From assembly GCA_029974275.1 (NCBI GenBank), contig JARKSN010000128.1, positions 1 through 26,386 of the forward strand: a stretch of DNA of 26,386 nt. The letters are read 5' to 3'. Shown in pieces: positions 8,153 through 15,906 of this stretch (position 1 is the first letter of the stretch; each line of letters begins with the position of its first letter). The notes below the pieces were generated by a model. The model saw only the letters and a list, made by a program, of their open reading frames with translations. It ran no database searches and had not been told where the DNA came from. The DNA is from Candidatus Hydrogenedentota bacterium (GTDB lineage Bacteria; Hydrogenedentota; Hydrogenedentia; Hydrogenedentales; SLHB01). A program made the position numbers and the translations under genes.

Positions 8153-8661
8153 AGGCTTGGTTGGGTTTTCCGGCGTCTTTTGCGGGGAACGCGACTTACA
8201 GGGTGCCCGTCGTCGCGGATGCGGCATGGGCACAAGGGGGGGCGAAGGTGAAGGCATCGTGTTGCTCCGCGAGGAGCGGCGAGATGGGCGGGCGTCGCAG
8301 TCTCACGACGCGCGGGGATCCACCTGGGCGATTCGACAAGGTTCGGCTTCGTAGTTCAGTTTCTTCACTATGCTGCATAGATTTCCGTCTGTTTGGCCTG
8401 CCGTTTTTCTCACAAATCCCGCCGATGGGAAGAACCATTTTCACTCGGAAACCGGTTAGTTCGCTTAGAGCGTTTTCGTTTGGCCTCCGGGCGCCGCCCC
8501 GGACGCGGGCTTCTCCCTCGGGAGCGGCTCGAAACCGGGGATCGCCCCTCGAAGCGGAAGGGCGGCCAGTGCGGAAGGGTTTGTAGTGCGATGTAGTGTG
8601 CCATTGCAGTAGTGAATATAAGGCTGGAACGTTTGGGACGAGGCTCCCTGAAAGGAATGCA

Positions 8662-11517
8662 ATGAGGATTCACTATCAAGCGCGTTGTACAGCGTTGGTT
8701 CTGATAGGCGTGACGGCGGCTCTGTTGGGCGGGACGATCGCCGAAGCCACCACCAATCGCGTGTTGCTCGTCGGCGACAGTTGGACGGGCGCCATGTGGA
8801 GCTACCGGAACTTGCGCGATACGTTTGTGGCGGCCGGATTTTCCGACCCCGTGGAGAAGGGCGACGTAACGGCCATCGGCGGCACCACGGCGGCGTGGTG
8901 GGCGCAGTCGGCCAATCTGGCGCTTATCACAAGCGAACTGAACAACAATCCGACCATTGACATGGTTCACCTCAGCATGGGGGGCAACGATTTTCTGGCG
9001 GGCCAGGGCGCCGGAGGATGGTATGTGTCGATGGGGTCCGCGGCGGAGACGGCGCTATTCACCACGATCAAGAACAACATCGAGGTCGTGATCCAGCATA
9101 TCTTGAATCTTCGCCCGGACATTCACATCGTGATCTGCAGTTACGACTACATCAACTTGTGGGACACGTTGAACATTCAAGCCAACCAACTGATGTGGGC
9201 CAACCTCGGCTCGCCGACCCCGCGTCAGTTGAATGAAGCGCTGATCCGGCTGGGGGAACGGCAGCGCGATCTCGCCCAGGATTACGGCGCGGCGGTGACC
9301 TACGTCAACAACTGGGGCCTGATGCATTATTACGAGGGGTATAACGCGGTTTTTCAGCCCGGCCAGTATGCGGCTCCGTGGGGCCACCCGAGCTATCCAT
9401 GGGAGAAATCGACCTGCGGCGGCAACAACGGCGATGACGCGATTCACCTGAATGATCACGGGTATGACCTCATTGCGCTCAACTGCTACGTCAACTTCTA
9501 CCGGTATTTCATCGACCCGAATGCGGGCTCGTTGCCTCCCGGCATCGATGACTATTACCCCGCCATGCCGCCGGCGGACTACCAGACGCTGTTCTACGAC
9601 GGCTTTGAAAGCGGCTACGGCAATTGGATCACCAGCGGCGTGTCGCTCAAGTCGTTGAACACCTATTGGGGGACATGGTCGCTCGAACTGGACAACAGCG
9701 ATTACGCGATCCGCGCGCAGAACATGGCCGGCTATGAGAACGTGAAGGTGACGTTCGCGAACAAGATCAGCGGCTACGATGTGTTCCCGCAGGACAAGAG
9801 TTACATCGAATACACGACGAATTACGGCTCGTCGTGGAACATCCTCCAGACGTTTACGGCCAACGGCGATTGGACCCTTCGGGAATACCTGTTGCCGTCG
9901 AGTTGCAACAACAACTCGCTGTTCGGCATCCGGTATCGCTCGGGCACCAACAGCGGCAGCGACGACGCGTGGCTGGACGAGGTCCGCATTCAGGCGACCG
10001 CCATTCCGTACACGCTGTACACGATGACGGCCCGCGCGAACGGCGCCGGCACGGTGAGCGTCAGCCCGGCGGCCTACTACGGCAACAATCAGTATATCGC
10101 CGGCACGAACGTCACGCTGACGGCCACCCCGGTCAACGGCTGGACCTTCACCGGGTGGTCCGGGTCGATCTCGGGCACGACGAACCCGGTCGTGGTTAAC
10201 ATGAATGCCTCGAAGAACATCACGGCGACGTTTGTCGATGCATCCGGAAGGCCCGGCATGACGGCCGATCAGACCGACTGGATGCGGTGGGTGAGCTGGA
10301 AGTATTTCAGCGCGAACTGGCCGGTCGCCAACGCGACGCAGAACCAGGCGATGTACAATAAAGCCGAGGAAGCGCAGAGCGCGTTCAACACCTACCACCA
10401 GCCGTATGGTCAGGCCGCCAATATCTGGTACACCGATTACACGCGCCAGACGATCGGCGAGTACCACGCCATCGGCGACAGCACGACGTTCCTGGGGTAT
10501 TACCTTGGCGGTCTGTGCAACAAGTACGCCGTCACCGGCGACGGGGCGACGTTGACCCTCATCAACAACGTGCTCGACACGCTCGACTGGATGACCTTGT
10601 GCACGGGCAAGACGGGCTATATCCCGCGTTTCGTCGGCTTGGCGAATGACCCGGCGTATCAGTCCTACTACCAGAACTACGGCAACGGCTATGCCGCCTG
10701 CGTGGCGCCGTGGCAGAATTACGTCTGGCTGGACTACAGTTCGCGCGACACCTACACCGGCGCCGCGTTCGGCTTGGCCAACGTGTGGATTCACGTCGCC
10801 GACGCCAACACCCGCGCCAAGTGTCAGACGATCACCGAGCGCATCCTGGATCGCCTGATTGCCGATTCGTGGAACGTGATTAGCCCGACCAACAAGTTCA
10901 CGAACCTGACCCCGGGCTTCGTCGCCATGTGGCAGCGCATCGCCATCACGATGAACGATCCCAAATACGGCTCGCAGACCAGTTACGGCCAATGGTTCGG
11001 GCTGTGGCACGACGCGGGCGGCATGGATATCCACGACAAGTATTTCGCCGATTACTTTGCGAACATCTTGGGCACGTGCCAGCTCTACCTCGTGCGCAAG
11101 ATGGAGACCAATCAGGACAAGATCAACACCCTGAACGACCACCTGCTCAAGGCGGCCGAGTCGGATGGCGGCGATCACCTGAACGCCCATATGGCGGCGT
11201 GCTATGTTGCCGCATCGGGCAGCCCCACCCGCAACGTCCCGCGTGGCGTGTTGCAGGGCGGCATGATCGACCTGCCCTCCCAGGCCTACTGGATGATCGG
11301 GGTGGACAACTCCGCCAACCCTGCCTATCCGCATAAGGACGCCGACAATTCGCTGTGCGCCATTCTCCCGCATGACAAGGTGCGCGGTGAATACGTGTGG
11401 CAGAACAGTCCGTGCGATTTGGCCGGCGGCGCGAATGCTCCGATCGCGTTCATGATGCTCGATCGCTTCGTGCCCTACTGGATGGGGCGTCAGTGCGGCG
11501 CCATCGCGGCCCCGTGA
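8662..11517 (+). CDS. Secreted multidomain protein: signal peptide, SGNH/GDSL hydrolase, putative beta-sandwich domain, one InlB B-like repeat, C-terminal domain of unknown function
   Basis: An AAAGGA RBS precedes ATG 8662. The hydrophobic N-terminus ends in AEA. SGNH blocks are VLLVGDSW, GG, GGNDF and DAIH. 'LFYDGFESG..W...WLDEVRI' resembles a jelly-roll module, and 'GTNVTLTATPVNGWTFTGWSG' is the repeat. The C-terminus is paralogous to the first gene. Confidence 0.85.
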   Translation: MRIHYQARCTALVLIGVTAALLGGTIAEATTNRVLLVGDSWTGAMWSYRNLRDTFVAAGFSDPVEKGDVTAIGGTTAAWWAQSANLALITSELNNNPTIDMVHLSMGGNDFLAGQGAGGWYVSMGSAAETALFTTIKNNIEVVIQHILNLRPDIHIVICSYDYINLWDTLNIQANQLMWANLGSPTPRQLNEALIRLGERQRDLAQDYGAAVTYVNNWGLMHYYEGYNAVFQPGQYAAPWGHPSYPWEKSTCGGNNGDDAIHLNDHGYDLIALNCYVNFYRYFIDPNAGSLPPGIDDYYPAMPPADYQTLFYDGFESGYGNWITSGVSLKSLNTYWGTWSLELDNSDYAIRAQNMAGYENVKVTFANKISGYDVFPQDKSYIEYTTNYGSSWNILQTFTANGDWTLREYLLPSSCNNNSLFGIRYRSGTNSGSDDAWLDEVRIQATAIPYTLYTMTARANGAGTVSVSPAAYYGNNQYIAGTNVTLTATPVNGWTFTGWSGSISGTTNPVVVNMNASKNITATFVDASGRPGMTADQTDWMRWVSWKYFSANWPVANATQNQAMYNKAEEAQSAFNTYHQPYGQAANIWYTDYTRQTIGEYHAIGDSTTFLGYYLGGLCNKYAVTGDGATLTLINNVLDTLDWMTLCTGKTGYIPRFVGLANDPAYQSYYQNYGNGYAACVAPWQNYVWLDYSSRDTYTGAAFGLANVWIHVADANTRAKCQTITERILDRLIADSWNVISPTNKFTNLTPGFVAMWQRIAITMNDPKYGSQTSYGQWFGLWHDAGGMDIHDKYFADYFANILGTCQLYLVRKMETNQDKINTLNDHLLKAAESDGGDHLNAHMAACYVAASGSPTRNVPRGVLQGGMIDLPSQAYWMIGVDNSANPAYPHKDADNSLCAILPHDKVRGEYVWQNSPCDLAGGANAPIAFMMLDRFVPYWMGRQCGAIAAP

Positions 11518-11547
11518 TCGGGTCGTAGCGCGATTCGTGACAGTCTC

Positions 11548-11583
11548 CAAGGCGGGGCGTCCTGCAAAGGGCGCCCCGCCTTG
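11548..11583. terminator. Strong stem-loop between convergent genes, probable terminator
   Basis: caaggcggggcgtcct-gcaa-agggcgccccgccttg forms a 16-bp stem with one U-G pair and a GNRA loop. A T6 tract follows at 11594-11599. Confidence 0.7.
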
Positions 11584-11644
11584 CATCGTGACGTTTTTTC
11601 GGAAGGCGTCGGGGCTTCCCGCGCTTTTCGGACGTTATTCGCGT

Positions 11645-13651
11645 TTACAGGCCTTCTTCGATTTGCCTGCGCTCCAGTGCGCGGATGCGGTCGCGGCATT
11701 CGGCGGCCTTTTCAAATTCCATGCGGTCGGCGGCGGCTTTCATGCGTTTGCGGAGGTCGCGCAGGGTTTTGTCGAGGTTGAAAGAGGCGACATATGCGGC
11801 CTCTTCCTCGGCGGCCTTGGGCACGGTGACGTAGTCGCGTTCGTGGATGCTTTGGAGCGCCTCCGAGATGTTTTTTTGCACCGAACGCGGCGTGATCTTG
11901 TGCTTTTTGTTGTACGCGAGTTGCTTGGCGCGGCGACGGCTCATCTCGGCGATGGCGCGCTCCATCGACCCCGTCACGGAGTCCGCGTACATCACCACGC
12001 GTCCGTTCACGTTGCGGGCGGCGCGTCCGCAGGTCTGCACGAGACTCGTCTCGGAGCGCAAATATCCTTCCTTGTCCGCATCGAGCACGGCCACAAGCGC
12101 CACCTCGGGAATGTCGAGTCCTTCGCGCAATAAGTTGATGCCGACGAGCACGTCGTATTCGCCCGCGCGCAACGCCCTCACCAACTCGATGCGGTCCAAT
12201 GTCTCGACGTCGGAGTGCATGTAGCGCACGCGGATGTTGAGATCGGCCATGTATGCGGTGAGGTCTTCGGCCATGCGTTTGGTCAGCGTCGTGACGAGCG
12301 CGCGCTCGTTTTTCTGGACAACCTTGCGCACTTCGTCGAGGAGATCGTCGACCTGGTTGCTCGCGGGGCGCACCTCGATGGGCGGGTCGACGAGTCCCGT
12401 CGGGCGCACAACCTGCTCGACGACGAGTCCTTCGCTTCGGGTAAGTTCGCGGTGGGCCGGCGTGGCGCTGACGTAGAGCGCCTGTTTCACGCGCTTCTCG
12501 AACTCGGGGAATTTGAGGGGTCGGTTGTCGCGCGCGCACGGCAACCGGAATCCGTAGTCGATCAATTTGTCCTTGCGCGACGCATCGCCCTTGTACATCG
12601 CCTCGATTTGCGGCACGGTCACGTGGCTTTCGTCGATCACGACGATGAAATCCTCGGGGAAATAATCGAGCAACGTATACGGCGGCTCGCCCGGCATGCG
12701 GCCATCGAGATGGCGCGAGTAATTCTCGATGCCGTTGCAGTAGCCGATCTCGGCCATCATCTCGAGATCAAAGCGCGTGCGTTGTTCAAGGCGTTGCGCT
12801 TCGAGCAGTTTGTTTTCCGCGCGCAAGAGATTGAGGCGTCCTTCGAGTTCGACCTGAATCGACGCGATCGCGCGCTGCAAGGTGTCGGCGGTCGTGGCGT
12901 AATGCGTGCCGGGATAGATGGCCGTGCGCCGCAGCTTGCGGTTGACGATCGAGCGCAATGGATCGATCTCGTACAAACCGTCGACTTCGTCGCCGAAGAA
13001 CTCGACGCGAATCGCGACGGCTCCCTCGTAGGCCGGGAACACGTCGATGGTGTCGCCGCGCACGCGAAACGCGCCGCGATGAAAATCGATGTCGTTGCGC
13101 TGATACTGCATCGCGATGAGGCCCGCGATGAAGTCGTCACGGGCGATCGTGATGCCCGTGGCGAGTTCGATGCGCAATTGCTGATAGACCTCCGGCGAGC
13201 CGATGCCGTAGATGCACGACACGCTCGCGACGACGATCACGTCATGCCGCGTGAGTAACGATTGGGTCGCGGCGTGGCGCATCTTGTCGATCTCTTCGTT
13301 GATCGACGATTCTTTTTCGATGTACGTGTCCGTTGTCGGCACATACGCCTCGGGCTGGTAATAATCGTAATAGCTGACGAAGTATTCGACGGCGTTTTCG
13401 GGGAAAAGGTCTTTGAACTCGGCGTATAGCTGCGCCGCGAGGATTTTGTTTGGGGCAATGACCAACGCGGGGCGGTTCACTTCGGCGATGACGTTCGCGA
13501 CGGTGAACGTCTTGCCCGAACCCGTGACGCCGAGAAGCACTTGATGCGGGAGACCGTCGCGCAGACCTTCCGCGAGCGCCGCGATGGCCTGCGGCTGATC
13601 GCCTTCCGGCTTGAACGCGCTGACCAGCCGGAACCGATTTTCCCGATTCAT
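11645..13651 (-). CDS. uvrB: Excinuclease ABC subunit B
   Basis: Contains [53 protein letters not shown] and a C-terminal UVR coil (FEKAAECRD). Confidence 0.98.
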   Translation of the reverse strand: MNRENRFRLVSAFKPEGDQPQAIAALAEGLRDGLPHQVLLGVTGSGKTFTVANVIAEVNRPALVIAPNKILAAQLYAEFKDLFPENAVEYFVSYYDYYQPEAYVPTTDTYIEKESSINEEIDKMRHAATQSLLTRHDVIVVASVSCIYGIGSPEVYQQLRIELATGITIARDDFIAGLIAMQYQRNDIDFHRGAFRVRGDTIDVFPAYEGAVAIRVEFFGDEVDGLYEIDPLRSIVNRKLRRTAIYPGTHYATTADTLQRAIASIQVELEGRLNLLRAENKLLEAQRLEQRTRFDLEMMAEIGYCNGIENYSRHLDGRMPGEPPYTLLDYFPEDFIVVIDESHVTVPQIEAMYKGDASRKDKLIDYGFRLPCARDNRPLKFPEFEKRVKQALYVSATPAHRELTRSEGLVVEQVVRPTGLVDPPIEVRPASNQVDDLLDEVRKVVQKNERALVTTLTKRMAEDLTAYMADLNIRVRYMHSDVETLDRIELVRALRAGEYDVLVGINLLREGLDIPEVALVAVLDADKEGYLRSETSLVQTCGRAARNVNGRVVMYADSVTGSMERAIAEMSRRRAKQLAYNKKHKITPRSVQKNISEALQSIHERDYVTVPKAAEEEAAYVASFNLDKTLRDLRKRMKAAADRMEFEKAAECRDRIRALERRQIEEGL

Positions 13652-15726
13652 TTGGTGAAAGCCTTCAGCGCGTGGGGAGGGAGTTTGTGCACTTCGGTGA
13701 CGCCCGCAACCGTGCGCACCGTCGCCGCGACGCGGTCGACGCTGTCGTTATCGGGGGCTTCGAAGACAAACTCGAACACGCTCTTGCCGGCGGCGTCTGG
13801 CTTGAGTTCCGCGCGTGAAATGCTGATGTTCATCGGGCGCAACGCGTTGGTGATGTCGGCCAGCAGGTTGGGCCGCTGCGACGTGGTGACGCGCATGCCG
13901 ACGGTCACGTGGTCTTCGCCCTCCCAGCTTGCCTCGATGATGCGGTGCGGATCGCGCGTGGTGCGCGCGAAGTTTTTGCAGTCGGCGCGATGGATCGTGA
14001 TGCCGGGACTCTTGGTCGCGTATCCGATGACGGGCAGTCCGGGCATCGGATCGCAGCATTTTGCGAACTGGACGGCAATGTTTTTGGCTCCCTGCACGCG
14101 GATCATTTTGTGGCGCGTGGCGTCGTCGACGGCGCGAATGCGGGGGGGCGGAGCGGCGGGCGTGGGGATGACGACGACCGTGTCCTTGCGCAATTGTCCT
14201 TCGAGCGGTTCGAGTTGGCCTAGCTCGCGCAGGCGCTGCCGGATGCGCGATCGGGCCTTGCCGGTGACGACGATGTCGAGCCAGTCAAGGTGAGGCGTCT
14301 GGTTTTTCGAGGTGAGAATCTCGACGACGTCGCCCGTCTGCAAATTGTAGCGCAACGGCACCATGCGGGCATTCACCCGCGCGCCGATGCAGTGATGGCC
14401 GACGTCGGAGTGGACGAGATACGCGAAATCGAGCGGCGTTGCGCCGACGGGAAGCTCTTTCACTTCTCCCTTGGGCGTGAACACGTACACGTCCGATGTG
14501 CTGACGTCGCGGCGGACGCTGTCGATGAGTTCATCGGCGGCGTGGGCGTCTTGCAGCCATTCGTACATCTGCCGCAGCCACTGCAACTGTTCGTCGAACT
14601 TTTTGTCGTCTTGTTTGCTGGCGCCTTCCTTGTACTTCCAATGCGCGGCGATGCCTTCCCGGGCGGTGCGGTCCATCTCCTCGGTGCGAATCTGAATCTC
14701 GAGCGCCATGCCGTTTTCGCGCATGACCGTCGTGTGGATGGACTGATAGCCGTTCACCTTGGGCATGGCAATGTAGTCCTTGAAGCGTCCCGGCACCGGA
14801 GGCCACAAGTGGTGCACGACGCCCAGCGCGTTGTAGCAGCCCGACACCGTCTGCGTGATGATGCGCACGGCGAGGACGTCGAGAATCTCGTTGTAATCTT
14901 TCCCTTGCTGCAGCATTTTCTGATAGATGCTGTAGAGATGCTTGGGCCGCCCGATGACCGTCGCCGAGACTTCGGCTTCCTCGAGTTTTTCCTCGAGGAA
15001 TTTGATGGTTTCATCGAGCCACGCCTCGCGCTCGCGGCGTTTCATCGCCACCGACGCGGCGACGTTTTTGTATTCCACGGGCTTGATGGCGTGGAAGGCG
15101 TGGTCTTCCAGTTCCCACTTCCATCGCGCGATGCCAAGCCGGTGCGCGAGCGGCGCGTACAGTTCGAGCGTCTCGCGTCCGATGATGACGCGCTTTTCCT
15201 GCGGCAGGAACTCGATGGTGCGCATGTTGTGCAGCCGGTCCGCCAGCTTGATGAGGATGACGCGCACGTCCTTGGCCGTGGCGACGAGCATTTTGCGCAG
15301 GTTGACGGCTTGCTTTTCGACGTCCGTGACCTTGGCCGACGGAAAGTTGATCGCGCCGATCTTGGTCACTCCGTCGACCAGCGCGGCGATTTCGCCGCCG
15401 AAGGTGTGTTCGAGTTCCGCGCGCGAGACGGGCGTGTCTTCGAGCGTGTCGTGCAACAGGGCCGCGGCGATGGTCGTCGTGTCGAGTTCCAACTGGGCGA
15501 GAATCTTGGCCACGGCGATGCAATGCGAAACATACGGCTCGCCCGACAGGCGCATCTGCCATTTGTGCGCCTCGTTCGCCACGCGATACGCGTTGCGGAC
15601 GAGTTCCAAGTCGGCCTCCGGTGAATTTTTCCGGATCAACTTCAGCAATTTGGCGAATTCGGTTCTCACGCGTGCGTCTGTCCCTTTTCGTCTCCCGTGA
15701 AATACGATCTTAGCATGTTCGCCCAT
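13648..15726 (-). CDS. rel: Bifunctional (p)ppGpp synthetase/hydrolase (long RSH, Rel)
   Basis: Has the HD motif [21 protein letters not shown], synthetase [18 protein letters not shown] and [29 protein letters not shown] and an ACT domain. The start is uncertain: ATG 15726, or GTG 15669 if TGCTAAGAT at 15715-15707 is the -10 box. Confidence 0.95.
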   Translation of the reverse strand: MGEHAKIVFHGRRKGTDARVRTEFAKLLKLIRKNSPEADLELVRNAYRVANEAHKWQMRLSGEPYVSHCIAVAKILAQLELDTTTIAAALLHDTLEDTPVSRAELEHTFGGEIAALVDGVTKIGAINFPSAKVTDVEKQAVNLRKMLVATAKDVRVILIKLADRLHNMRTIEFLPQEKRVIIGRETLELYAPLAHRLGIARWKWELEDHAFHAIKPVEYKNVAASVAMKRREREAWLDETIKFLEEKLEEAEVSATVIGRPKHLYSIYQKMLQQGKDYNEILDVLAVRIITQTVSGCYNALGVVHHLWPPVPGRFKDYIAMPKVNGYQSIHTTVMRENGMALEIQIRTEEMDRTAREGIAAHWKYKEGASKQDDKKFDEQLQWLRQMYEWLQDAHAADELIDSVRRDVSTSDVYVFTPKGEVKELPVGATPLDFAYLVHSDVGHHCIGARVNARMVPLRYNLQTGDVVEILTSKNQTPHLDWLDIVVTGKARSRIRQRLRELGQLEPLEGQLRKDTVVVIPTPAAPPPRIRAVDDATRHKMIRVQGAKNIAVQFAKCCDPMPGLPVIGYATKSPGITIHRADCKNFARTTRDPHRIIEASWEGEDHVTVGMRVTTSQRPNLLADITNALRPMNISISRAELKPDAAGKSVFEFVFEAPDNDSVDRVAATVRTVAGVTEVHKLPPHALKAFTK

Positions 15727-15906
15727 CGCGTTCCTACGGCGGGTTCGGGGACCGGAGCCGGGCTCCGAGCCGCGTCGATCGGCGCAAGGCCGCCTCGCCG
15801 GAAGCGCCTTGCCTTCTGGACAAACGCCCGCGTCCGCGACTATTGTGGTGAACGTTGCAGGATGGCGCCCCCGGGGCGCATAAACGGAAACGGGAGATCG
15901 TGTCAC

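Noticed and set aside
8153..8661. Known riboswitch or tRNA in the long leader; short ORFs such as 8161..8586
   Set aside because: I could not find c-di-GMP, cobalamin, SAM, TPP or T-box consensus elements or a tRNA T-loop. The ORFs lack an RBS and protein-like composition.
9055..11586. 843-aa minus-strand ORF
   Set aside because: It is the antisense shadow of the SGNH multidomain gene.
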